Sequence record: SRR31156797_10402
Direction: 5' to 3' (one strand)
DNA length: 51,441 nt
In this document: positions 20,321 through 29,359 of the stretch, in pieces
Layout: every line of letters starts with the position of its first letter
Numbering within the stretch: the stretch's first letter is position 1
Made by a program: the position numbers and the translations under genes
The notes under the pieces: generated by a model
Told to the model about the DNA's origin: nothing
The model's input: only the letters and a program-made list of their open reading frames with translations
Database searches by the model: none

Positions 20321-21967
20321 ATGGGCAAGAGAATTATCGTCGATCCGATTACCCGAATAGAAGGTCATTTGCGAATTGAGGTTGAAGTTTCAGGCGGAAA
20401 GGTGGTCAATGCCTGGAGTTCCGCACAGATGTTCCGGGGCATAGAAATCATATTGCAGGGGAGAGATCCGCGGGATGCCCCCCTCTTCGTACAACGGTCT
20501 TGCGGGGTCTGCACCTACACCCACTACCTGTCATCCATGAGGGCCGTGGAGGATGCCGTGGGTGTCACCATTCCCAAGAATGCGCGCATCATGCGAAACC
20601 TTCTTCATGGAGCACAGTTCCAGCAGGACCATATCACCCACTTCTATCAGTTACATGCCCTTGACTTTGTGGACGTGGTGGATGCCCTCAAAGCCGATCC
20701 CAAGAAAACAGCCGCCCTTTCAGATAATGTGAGCAATGATACCCACGGTGGAACCGCTTACTTCAAGCAGGTGCAGCAACGGATCAAGACCTTCGTGGAC
20801 AGCGGTCAGCTGGGCCTTTTCGCCAACGGTTACTGGGGAAGCTCCGCGTACAAGCTGCCGCCGGAGGCCAACCTGATGGCTGCGGCCCACTATATTGAAG
20901 CCCTTCGTATTCAAGCGAAGATTGTCCGTATGCATGCCATTTTCGGCGCCAAGAATCCCCATCTGCAGGCCCTGGCCGTGGGCGGTATGACCAGCGTGAG
21001 GGACTTGAGCCCCGACCGCATTGCCGAATTCCTCTATATCTGGAAACAGGCCCAGGATTTTGTGCGCAATGTCTACATTCCCGACCTGGTGACCATTGCA
21101 TCCTTCTACAAGGACTGGGGAGCCATCGGGGGGACCTCCAACTTCCTGGCCTGGGGTGATCTTCCCATGAGCGAAAAAGAGCCCGAAAGCCTTTTTCTGC
21201 CTCGCGGGGTCATCATGAAACGGGATCTCAAGGGCGTTAGAATGGCGGATCCTGATAAAGTGACCGAGCATATCGATCGATCCTGGTATGAAGGCAATAA
21301 GGCCAGGCACCCCTACAATGGGGAAACCAAGCCCTTCCAGGGCGATCCCAAGTATGACACCAACGCTGAGTATTCCTGGTCCAAAGCGCCCCGCTACGAA
21401 GGCGAGGCCTGCGAGGTGGGGCCCCTGGCGCGGGTCCTGGTGGCCTATGCATATGGCAAGAAAGATTTCCAGGGCGTTGTGGACAGCACCCTGAAGAAGC
21501 TCAATATCCCCGTTACAGCGCTCTTCTCCACCTTGGGCCGGACGGCGGCCCGGGGCCTTGAAACCCTGGTGATCGGTAACGCCATGGAAGGCTGGGTCAT
21601 GGAGTTGGTGGAGAACCTGAAAAGTGGCGACACCGCCACCTGCGCCGAATGGACCATGCCGAAAAGCGGTAAAGGGTGTGGCTTGAATGATGTGGCCAGG
21701 GGTTCTCTGGGTCACTGGATAGAAATTGAAGACAAGAAGATCAAAAATTACCAGTACGTGGTACCCTCCACCTGGAACCTGGGGCCCCGATGTGAGAAAG
21801 GCAAACTGGGACCCGTTGAGGAAGCCCTCATCGGAACTCCCGTGGCCGATCCCAAAAGGCCGCTTGAAATTCTCAGGACCGTCCACTCATTTGATCCCTG
21901 TATCGCCTGCGGGGTACACGTGATCGATCCTGACTCCAATGAGGTTTATAAAATTAAAGTAGTTTAG
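20321..21967 (+). CDS. hynA: [NiFe] hydrogenase large subunit
   Basis: DPITRIEGH, L1 RSCGVC, L2 DPCIACGVH with C-terminal cleavable extension. Confidence 0.95.
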   Translation: MGKRIIVDPITRIEGHLRIEVEVSGGKVVNAWSSAQMFRGIEIILQGRDPRDAPLFVQRSCGVCTYTHYLSSMRAVEDAVGVTIPKNARIMRNLLHGAQFQQDHITHFYQLHALDFVDVVDALKADPKKTAALSDNVSNDTHGGTAYFKQVQQRIKTFVDSGQLGLFANGYWGSSAYKLPPEANLMAAAHYIEALRIQAKIVRMHAIFGAKNPHLQALAVGGMTSVRDLSPDRIAEFLYIWKQAQDFVRNVYIPDLVTIASFYKDWGAIGGTSNFLAWGDLPMSEKEPESLFLPRGVIMKRDLKGVRMADPDKVTEHIDRSWYEGNKARHPYNGETKPFQGDPKYDTNAEYSWSKAPRYEGEACEVGPLARVLVAYAYGKKDFQGVVDSTLKKLNIPVTALFSTLGRTAARGLETLVIGNAMEGWVMELVENLKSGDTATCAEWTMPKSGKGCGLNDVARGSLGHWIEIEDKKIKNYQYVVPSTWNLGPRCEKGKLGPVEEALIGTPVADPKRPLEILRTVHSFDPCIACGVHVIDPDSNEVYKIKVV

Positions 21968-21977
21968 TAATTATCCA

Positions 21978-22013
21978 TTGGCCGCCGGCTTCACAGGGGA
22001 GTTCGGCGGCCAA
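21978..22013 (+). terminator. GC-rich stem-loop after hydrogenase structural genes
   Basis: TTGGCCGCCG...CGGCGGCCAA 10-bp arms; no immediate T-tract. Confidence 0.55.
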
Positions 22014-22127
22014 AACCTTCCTTTTTGACAGGCCGTTTCCGGTAAAAAAACTGTCAACCGAAAAACCCTCTTTTAATGAAGAAAAGCAATTTATGGCAAG
22101 ATCTCGCATAAAGTATGCCAACACCCT

Positions 22128-24866
22128 ATGCCCCTGAAACCCAAAACATCCCTGGCGGAATCATGGCTCAAATATGTGGTTCAACATCCCCGGCGGATTA
22201 TCTTATGCGTTGTCTTGTTAACCATTAGCTTTGCCTGGCAAATCCCCCGGCTTCGTTTTGAAACTTCCATTTATGATCTGACCATTGAAGATCTGCCCCG
22301 GACCCGTGAATACAAGGCATTTAAAAAGACCTTCGGATGCGAAGAGATTATCCTGGTGGTCGCCAGAACTTCGGATGTTTTTGATCCGAAAACATTTGCA
22401 AATATTGAAAGGCTTGCCGATCAATTTGAAAAAATAAAAGGTGTGCGACGGGTCATCAGTCTTCCCGGCATCAAAAAGGCCATGGACCTTACTGAAAAAT
22501 GGACCCTTTCCGATTTCAAGCGGGAAATCGCACCCGTTACCCTGCTGGAGAAGAATATCCTTTCCAGGGACGGCAAAACCACGGTCGTATCTCTCATACT
22601 GGAAGATACCAAGCGAAAAGATCCCGTTATCGCTTCCCTCCAGGATCTCATTGAAAAAGAAAAATCCAACCAACCCATGTATCAGGTGGGCATGCCGGTG
22701 GTTTCCATGGCTTTGACACATTTTACAGAGCAGGATTTCTTAAGGCTGCCCCCCATTACGTTTCTTCTCATCGCATCGATTCTTTTTTTGCTTTTTCGAA
22801 ATTTTAGGGGTGTGTTGATTCCGGCCGGTTCCGTACTCATGGCCCTGATCTGGACGTTCGGTCTCATGGCATGGACCGGCACACCCCTTTCGCTCCTTAC
22901 CATGATTGTTCCCATATTTCTCATTGCCGTGGGCACGGCCTATTGCATGTATGTTTTTCCCGAATACGCACTGGCCCAAAAAACGTGTGAAACCGCCAAA
23001 GAGGCTTCCTTTCAATGTTTTATTCAACTCGGTTTCCCCACGTTTCTGGCCGTGTTTACCACCACCATCGGACTGGGGTCCCTTTTAATCAACCGAATCA
23101 GTGAAATTCGATTCTTTGCTCTTTTCTCGTGCTTCGGCATTCTGGCCATGCTGGTCATTTTTCTCACTTTCCTTCCGGCCGTGATGGCCCTGTTGCCGTT
23201 TCCACGAAAAGCCAAAGATTCGGGATCACCGGCAGAAGAAAATCTGCTGGACCGCTTTCTTTCATTCATTATCCGGCTCAACCTTCAACACCGGAAATCG
23301 GCACTGGCGCTGATTGCATTGATTTCCCTCCTGGGAATCCTTGGTATTTCACGGATCCAGGTTGAAACAAACCCCATGGATTTTTTTAAAGAAAGCACCC
23401 CCATTGCACAAAACTTCAATGACATTTATCGGGATATGGCCGGTAGTTTTCCCATTAATGTGGTCATTGACAGCAACCAGGATGATTATTTTGAAGATCC
23501 CAAGCACCTTGAGGAGATCGTTCGCCTGCAGGAATTTTTTGCTTCACTTCAAGGGGTGGATAAAACCATCTCATTTTGCGACTATCTCAAGCTGGTCAAT
23601 TACGCCACCAACCAGTACCGGGATGAACTGTATACCTTGCCGCAAGAGGGTTTTGAGGTACGGATGCTCATCAACAGTTTCAAAACCATGCTGGGAATGG
23701 ATATGCTGGGTCGATTCATGAATGAAAATTTCTCGGGGACCAATATCGTCCTGCGGACCCATATTTCCAGTTCCAATGATTTTCTGAAAAGCCAGAAAAA
23801 AATCGAAGCCTATCTCGCGAAAAATTTACCCCCTGGATTTTCCTCACAGGTCACCGGGATCGGTGTTGTCATTTCACACAGCAGCCGATTGATCACCGAC
23901 GGACAGATAAAAAGTCTGTTTTTGACCCTGGTGCTCGTCTTTGCCATCATGTTCCTGCTGTTCATGTCCTTTAAGGTGGGCATCATCGGCATTCTTCCCA
24001 ACTGCTTCCCCATCATCGTCGGTTTCGGCCTCATGGGCTGGTTGGGAATTCCCCTGTCCATGGCCACAAGCCTCATTGCAGGCGTTGCCATAGGCCTTGC
24101 CGTGGATGATACCATTCACTATCTGGTGCACTATAACCACGAATTCAAAAAGGATCTGAACAAAGAGCGAGCTCTTGAAAATACCGTTCGACATATGGGA
24201 AAACCGATCATCTTCACCACCCTGACCATCAGCCTGGGTTTCTCGGTACTTCTGTTTTCCAGCTTCAAACCCACGGCTATTTTTGGTTTCCTGATGGTGA
24301 TCACCATGGTATCCGCCCTGGTGGCGGACCTGATCCTTTTACCCTCTCTCATGCTGCATGTGGAACTGGTCACCATCTGGGATCTGATCAGGGTTAAACT
24401 GGGAAAAGATCCCCAGGAAGGAATTCCGCTTTTTAAGGGACTTTCCCGAACCCAGGTCCATTATATCTTAATGGCCGGCAACTTGAAAACCCATGAAGCG
24501 GGTAGCGCGGTCATGACCAAAGGGGAGATCAGTGATTCCATGTATGCCGTCATTTCGGGCAAACTGGAGGTGGTGGGGGGCTCAGATCAAGATATAAACG
24601 GGGTGAGGATTATTGCAACGCTTACGGCGGGAGATGTGGTCGGTGAAATGGGTATGATCCGGTCCTGTGAAAGATCCGCAACCGTTGTGGCGGCCACCGC
24701 CACCGAACTCCTGCAAATCAATGAGCGGATGATAAAGCGTCTTCAATGGCTCTACCCCCCGACGGCCCACAGATTTTTCTTTAATCTCATGGGCATCTTG
24801 TGTGACCGGTTGCAGAAGCTTACGGAATGTTATCTGGAAGAGACCAGCCGAGATAAAGACGTATAA
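22128..24866 (+). CDS. MMPL/RND-family exporter fused to C-terminal cyclic-nucleotide-binding domain
   Basis: Two repeats of TM plus periplasmic loop plus TM bundle, GLAVDDTIH; C-terminal DSMYAVISGKLEV...GDVVGEMG...RSATV cNMP signature. Confidence 0.85.
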   Translation: MPLKPKTSLAESWLKYVVQHPRRIILCVVLLTISFAWQIPRLRFETSIYDLTIEDLPRTREYKAFKKTFGCEEIILVVARTSDVFDPKTFANIERLADQFEKIKGVRRVISLPGIKKAMDLTEKWTLSDFKREIAPVTLLEKNILSRDGKTTVVSLILEDTKRKDPVIASLQDLIEKEKSNQPMYQVGMPVVSMALTHFTEQDFLRLPPITFLLIASILFLLFRNFRGVLIPAGSVLMALIWTFGLMAWTGTPLSLLTMIVPIFLIAVGTAYCMYVFPEYALAQKTCETAKEASFQCFIQLGFPTFLAVFTTTIGLGSLLINRISEIRFFALFSCFGILAMLVIFLTFLPAVMALLPFPRKAKDSGSPAEENLLDRFLSFIIRLNLQHRKSALALIALISLLGILGISRIQVETNPMDFFKESTPIAQNFNDIYRDMAGSFPINVVIDSNQDDYFEDPKHLEEIVRLQEFFASLQGVDKTISFCDYLKLVNYATNQYRDELYTLPQEGFEVRMLINSFKTMLGMDMLGRFMNENFSGTNIVLRTHISSSNDFLKSQKKIEAYLAKNLPPGFSSQVTGIGVVISHSSRLITDGQIKSLFLTLVLVFAIMFLLFMSFKVGIIGILPNCFPIIVGFGLMGWLGIPLSMATSLIAGVAIGLAVDDTIHYLVHYNHEFKKDLNKERALENTVRHMGKPIIFTTLTISLGFSVLLFSSFKPTAIFGFLMVITMVSALVADLILLPSLMLHVELVTIWDLIRVKLGKDPQEGIPLFKGLSRTQVHYILMAGNLKTHEAGSAVMTKGEISDSMYAVISGKLEVVGGSDQDINGVRIIATLTAGDVVGEMGMIRSCERSATVVAATATELLQINERMIKRLQWLYPPTAHRFFFNLMGILCDRLQKLTECYLEETSRDKDV

Positions 24867-24971
24867 GGCACAAAATCCTTGAATGATCACCCACGGTACC
24901 GCTATACTGGAAATTGACCGTCTCTCATAAATACCTTAAAAAAGGTTTTTGTGAACATTTTGGTGATTTTA

Positions 24972-25523
24972 ATGAAAGAAAAACAGATAACCGTAATGGG
25001 TGTCGGCAATATCCTGTTCACGGATGAGGGTGTGGGAGTCCGGGTGCTTGAAACCTTGAGCGCACAATATGATTTCCCCCCCAACGTGGCATTGGTCGAT
25101 GGCGGCGTTTTGGGGATGAATCTGCTGGGGACTATTTCGGAAGCGGATCATCTGATTGTGATTGATGCGGTTCGTAACGGCCGGGAGCCCGGTACCCTCT
25201 ACCGTCTGGAAGGGGAGGATATTCCCCGGCGTGTTCTTGCCAAGAATTCCCTCCATCAGGTGGATCTTCTTGAGGCCCTTACTTTCTGTGAGGCCCTGGA
25301 TAAACATCCCGAAACCCTGATCATCGGGATTGAACCCAAGGATATCAAAACCGTTGGCCTGGATATGACGCCCACAGTGGCGGAAAAAATGGAGGCCATG
25401 GTCGAGATGGTGATTATGGAACTGAAACTTCTGGGGGTTGCGGCTTCACGTCGTCCGGTTCCAGCGAAAAACGGATCGGAAAAGCATTGCGAAGATGGCG
25501 CTTTCGGTGTTCCGAAGATATAG
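24972..25523 (+). CDS. hydrogenase maturation endopeptidase (HyaD/HupD/HynC family)
   Basis: GVGNILFTDEGVG, VDGG, IDAV, SLHQ; start may be GTG 24951. Confidence 0.92.
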   Translation: MKEKQITVMGVGNILFTDEGVGVRVLETLSAQYDFPPNVALVDGGVLGMNLLGTISEADHLIVIDAVRNGREPGTLYRLEGEDIPRRVLAKNSLHQVDLLEALTFCEALDKHPETLIIGIEPKDIKTVGLDMTPTVAEKMEAMVEMVIMELKLLGVAASRRPVPAKNGSEKHCEDGAFGVPKI

Positions 25524-25641
25524 GAACCGGTAAGCCTTGAAAAATCTCAACACATGGAAGCCGATCCATTATGCCCCATGCAAAACCGCAAAGATTTCGT
25601 ATATTTTATAACATTGATTGGGTTATTGGGAGAAAGAAATT

Positions 25642-25875
25642 ATGTGCCTTGCCATACCCGCCAAATTGATCCGTATTGATGAACACATGGGCACCGTTGA
25701 CATGGATGGGACACAGAGGGATGTCAGTCTTCTTCTGCTGCAGGACGCGCAAATCGGAGATTATCTGATCGTCCATGCGGGTTTTGCCATTCACCGCATC
25801 GACGAGACGGAAGCCCGTGCCTCATTGCAAATTCTGCGTGAAATGGCGGCCCTGCCGGAAGCCCAAAAACCTTGA
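25642..25875 (+). CDS. hypC: hydrogenase maturation chaperone HypC
   Basis: Invariant N-terminus MCLAIP, GDYLIVHAGFAI. Confidence 0.95.
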   Translation: MCLAIPAKLIRIDEHMGTVDMDGTQRDVSLLLLQDAQIGDYLIVHAGFAIHRIDETEARASLQILREMAALPEAQKP

Positions 25876-25953
25876 ATTTGTAGATCAATCCCTTTAATTT
25901 CCGCCCTCTTATCATATATGATCCCAAGACACAAAAGGCTTTCCGGTAATACC

Positions 25954-25983
25954 TTGACACCGGTTACCGGATGCCACTATAAT
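25954..25983 (+). promoter_or_regulatory. consensus sigma70 promoter for cytochrome c3
   Basis: TTGACA-N18-TATAAT. Confidence 0.7.
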
Positions 25984-26067
25984 CCCCGTGATTTGTTCGG
26001 CTTTGATCCCGGTTATCCTATGGGATCAAAGACACAAAAATTTTTCGAGGAAGGAGGTGAAACCTAA

Positions 26068-26487
26068 ATGATCAAAAGATTCTGTATTCTCTTTACGGCA
26101 GTTTTTACCGGGTTGGTTTTTTTCTCGGTGGGTACCCTTATTGCGGCCGACAAACAGGTTGTTCCCGATACCGTTACCATCGAAAATAAAGGCTACAAGA
26201 AAGATAAGAAACGTCCCGTACCCTTGAGCCACAAAAAGCATGTAGATGAATATGGTGTGAAATGTGTTGATTGCCACCATGTTTACAAGGATGGCAAGAA
26301 CGTGTGGAAAGAGGGAGAACATGTGGACAAATGCAGCAAATGTCATGACCCTAAAAAGAACACCAAGGAAGGCGGTGTTAAGGTTATGAAGCTGCAGAAT
26401 GCCTACCACAAGAACTGCAAGAATTGTCACAAGGCAGAGAAAAAAGGTCCTTTCAAGAAATGTAATGATTGCCACGTCAAGAAGTAA
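26068..26487 (+). CDS. tetraheme cytochrome c3 (class III)
   Basis: Signal peptide; SHKKH, CVDCHH, CSKCH, AYHKNCKNCH, CNDCH; Lys-rich; RBS AAGGAGG. Confidence 0.93.
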   Translation: MIKRFCILFTAVFTGLVFFSVGTLIAADKQVVPDTVTIENKGYKKDKKRPVPLSHKKHVDEYGVKCVDCHHVYKDGKNVWKEGEHVDKCSKCHDPKKNTKEGGVKVMKLQNAYHKNCKNCHKAEKKGPFKKCNDCHVKK

Positions 26488-26527
26488 ATGCGTCAGCCCT
26501 CACGCGCATAAAGCTTCAGTAAAGTGC

Positions 26528-26566
26528 AAAAGCCGTCTTCCGGTCAATTCGGAGGCCGGCTTTTTT
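26528..26566 (+). terminator. intrinsic terminator of cytochrome c3 gene
   Basis: AAAAGCCGTCTTCCG...CGGAGGCCGGCTTTTTT. Confidence 0.75.
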
Positions 26567-26607
26567 AATGGCTCATTTACCGATAATGATGATGCCGCCA
26601 CCAAACA

Positions 26608-26650
26608 AAAGCGCCGCGGTTTGACCTGAGGTCAACAGCCGCGGCGCTTT
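26608..26650 (-). terminator. terminator of dsr/ferredoxin transcript
   Basis: AAAGCGCCGCGG...CCGCGGCGCTTT 12-bp arms with inner TTGACC/GGTCAA. Confidence 0.75.
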
Positions 26651-26679
26651 GGTTATTTTTGTTCGGATGTGGAAGTCTG

Positions 26680-26868
26680 TTATATTTCGGTAATGGTAAT
26701 GGCTTCGTGCTCACACACTTCAATACAGCTTTCACAACCCAGACATTCCTCCGCGTTTACGGGATCGGATTTTTCATCCACCATCTCGTAGACATCCACG
26801 GGACAAACTTCGATACATTCTTCACAACCTTCACATTTTTCTTTATCGACAACCACTTCGTAACCCAT
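26680..26868 (-). CDS. 2x[4Fe-4S] ferredoxin
   Basis: CEGCEECIEVCP and CLGCESCIEVC; acidic 62 aa; RBS AGGAGG. Confidence 0.93.
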   Translation of the reverse strand: MGYEVVVDKEKCEGCEECIEVCPVDVYEMVDEKSDPVNAEECLGCESCIEVCEHEAITITEI

Positions 26869-26991
26869 TTAATTTATCCTCCTGATTTATGTTGAGTACC
26901 TTACATAAATAAAAAATTTAAACGCTTTTGCAATGGCGGCTTAATTAACAGAGTGGGACCCCTGTGTCAAGCCTTTTCATCTTAGCTTTGT

Positions 26992-28149
26992 TTAAGCAGC
27001 CGCTTCCTCTTTAATGGAGACGGCAATTTTGTACAGAATGGTCAGAACAAAAAATCCTACCGCCAGAACGCCGATGGTGATCAGTATCTCAAGAGTGGTA
27101 GGCCAGTAAGGTGTTACGGTGTCAAACATGTTGGGCGTAAATCCGCCCACGATCAGCCCGAGCCCCTTATCAATCCAGGTCGCGATAATCACTGAAATAC
27201 ACGCAACCGCCAACGTATCCTGGTTACGCCGTGTGGCCGGCACGATCAACAGAACCAGAGCAATCACTGCAAATCCCGTAGCGGTCCACATCCAGGGGGC
27301 CAGTTTTCCATACCCGTCCAGGCCATGGAAAAGAAATTCGATGGAATGCATATGCCCCGGGATCTGGCTGTAAAAAGCGGTAAATATCTCAAGCAGAAAG
27401 AAAAAAACATTTAAGATCATGGCATAGGCGATAATACCGCCCAGCGTCCGGAGCTGTTCCTTGCCGGGATCAAATTTGGTAACCTTCTTGACGATCAGGC
27501 ACAGCAGCACCAGCAGGGCCGGTCCCGCACAGAAGGCGGAGGAAAGGAACCGCGCCGCCATGATGGCGGTCAACCAAAAATGCCGACCGGGAATACCTGC
27601 ATACAGAAATGCCGTCACCGTATGAATGGTGAAGGCCCAAGGGATGGAAATATAAGCCAGAACCTTGATCCATTTCTGATACTTCACCCCTTTTCTTTCA
27701 GCCGCCAGCACGTTCCATCCCACGACGATATTGAGCAGCAGATAAACGTTCAGGACAATCATGTCCCAGAACAGAATGGAGTTGGGCGTAGGATAAAGAA
27801 TAACGTTCATGATCCGGACCGGATTTCCCAGATCCACGAACACAAAGAGAAGACACATGAGGATGGCGGCAATGGCCAGAAATTCACCCAGAATGGTAAT
27901 CCTGCCAAAAGCCTTATAATCATGCAGGTAATAGGGCAGAACCACCATTACACCGCCTGCGGCGATGCCCACGAAGTAGGTGAGCTGCCCGATATAGAGC
28001 CCCCATGATACGTCTCTGCTCAAACCCGTAATTCGAAGGCCTTCAAAATACTGATAGATGTAACATCCGGCACCTACCCCAATCAAAACCAACAGAAAAA
28101 CGAGCCATGACCAATACCCTGTTGTTCCTTTTAGTGCTCTGTCAAGCAT
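26992..28149 (-). CDS. dsrP: DsrP, NrfD/PsrC-family membrane subunit
   Basis: TGLSRDVSWGLYI, VDLGNP, IHTVTAFL, multiple TM; last gene of dsrMKJOP. Confidence 0.92.
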   Translation of the reverse strand: MLDRALKGTTGYWSWLVFLLVLIGVGAGCYIYQYFEGLRITGLSRDVSWGLYIGQLTYFVGIAAGGVMVVLPYYLHDYKAFGRITILGEFLAIAAILMCLLFVFVDLGNPVRIMNVILYPTPNSILFWDMIVLNVYLLLNIVVGWNVLAAERKGVKYQKWIKVLAYISIPWAFTIHTVTAFLYAGIPGRHFWLTAIMAARFLSSAFCAGPALLVLLCLIVKKVTKFDPGKEQLRTLGGIIAYAMILNVFFFLLEIFTAFYSQIPGHMHSIEFLFHGLDGYGKLAPWMWTATGFAVIALVLLIVPATRRNQDTLAVACISVIIATWIDKGLGLIVGGFTPNMFDTVTPYWPTTLEILITIGVLAVGFFVLTILYKIAVSIKEEAAA

Positions 28150-28157
28150 GACCTACC

Positions 28158-28973
28158 TCATATAATATAAAATACGTTCGGCCCGGTACCCAAAGCGGGT
28201 TTTCTTCTAATAGAATAGTGGTCCCGGAGCAGTTTTCTAACATTGGACTCTGGATTTGCAAGATCCCCAAAATTCATCGCCTTGACTTTAATTTTGTCAC
28301 ACGCCTGCACACACGCGGGAAGCTCTCCCTTGGAAACCAATTCGGTGCAGAAGTTACATTTTTCAACGACGCCCTTAGATCTTTCCGGATAAGCTTTGTT
28401 GGTGGGAAAACCGGGGTTCAGTTTTTTAGGCGCCTTCCTGGGATTTCCCCAGTTAAAGCTCCTTGAACCATAGGGGCACGCCGCCATGCAGAACCTGCAG
28501 CCGATGCAGCGGTGCATATCCATGGCGACAATACCGTCCTGTTCCCGTTTGAACGTGGCCTGGGTGGGACATACCCGGACGCAAGGGGGATTGTAACAAT
28601 GGTTGCATAAGAGGATAAACGGCTTACCCTCCACACCCTCGTCAACAAATTCGTTGGGTTGCTCCGGAAATACATGCTCATACTTGTCCTGCCAGATCCA
28701 TTTGACCGCATGCTGGGGGGTTCCCCAGTCCGGCACGTTGTGCTCCAGATGGCAGGCCACCATGCACTCTTTGCAGGCTTTCTTGTCCTGCTGGGCCAGG
28801 CATTTCCGCATATCAATGACCATTGACCACCGTTTCCCCTGGGTTAAAGGGATGCCTTCAGTAGAGGCTTCCAATTCCCCCGGGGCGAGGATATCAATGG
28901 CCGCTGTTCCCCCGAGACCGAACAAGGTGGCATAGCCGGCTATCTTCAGGAATTCTCTTCTGTCTACCCCCAT
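28158..28973 (-). CDS. dsrO: DsrO, Tat-exported Fe-S subunit
   Basis: DRREFLK Tat motif; CNHCYNPPCVRVCP, CIGCRFCMAACP, KCNFC; start at MGVDRR 28973. Confidence 0.92.
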   Translation of the reverse strand: MGVDRREFLKIAGYATLFGLGGTAAIDILAPGELEASTEGIPLTQGKRWSMVIDMRKCLAQQDKKACKECMVACHLEHNVPDWGTPQHAVKWIWQDKYEHVFPEQPNEFVDEGVEGKPFILLCNHCYNPPCVRVCPTQATFKREQDGIVAMDMHRCIGCRFCMAACPYGSRSFNWGNPRKAPKKLNPGFPTNKAYPERSKGVVEKCNFCTELVSKGELPACVQACDKIKVKAMNFGDLANPESNVRKLLRDHYSIRRKPALGTGPNVFYII

Positions 28974-29359
28974 TACTTTTTCTCCTCCGGCGCAATATGA
29001 CAATCCCAGCAGTAAGGATTAACGCTCAAATAATTGTGACATTGGTCACAGAATTTGGTTTTGTCCGAATGGCAATCCATGCAGGTCACCTGCAGGCTCT
29101 TATAATAGACCTTGCCATCAGCCGCTTTGTAATAGCGCTCACCATCCCTCACAGCCGTGTGCCGCCATTCGTCCAGCATGGAAAAGTGTGATTCCCTCAT
29201 ATAGGTCTTCGGCGCCACACACACTTTTGCTTCCTTGGCTTTTTCCGTTAACTGCGGGTCGGGCGCTTTGGCGGAAGACCCCGCGTTATAGATAAAAGGG
29301 GAAAGGAACAGACCGATACCAATAATCAGGCCAACAATAATCTTGCCTCCATCATACAT
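28973..29359 (-). CDS. dsrJ: DsrJ triheme cytochrome c
   Basis: CV...MRESH, CMDCH, CDQCH, CWDCH; start MYDGG at 29359. Confidence 0.92.
   Translation of the reverse strand: MYDGGKIIVGLIIGIGLFLSPFIYNAGSSAKAPDPQLTEKAKEAKVCVAPKTYMRESHFSMLDEWRHTAVRDGERYYKAADGKVYYKSLQVTCMDCHSDKTKFCDQCHNYLSVNPYCWDCHIAPEEKK

Noticed and set aside
20720-21886. 388-aa antisense ORF (and similar ones at 6505-7320, 10618-11442, 2152-2871)
   Set aside because: Shadow frames opposite well-supported genes, no motifs
21894-21920. Possible [NiFeSe] hydrogenase
   Set aside because: L2 motif is encoded GAT CCC TGT ATC GCC TGC (Cys), with no in-frame TGA
22105-22121. Minus-strand sigma54-like TTGGCATACTTTATGCG
   Set aside because: Points antisense into the hydrogenase genes with no target; the plus-strand look-alike has wrong GG-GC spacing
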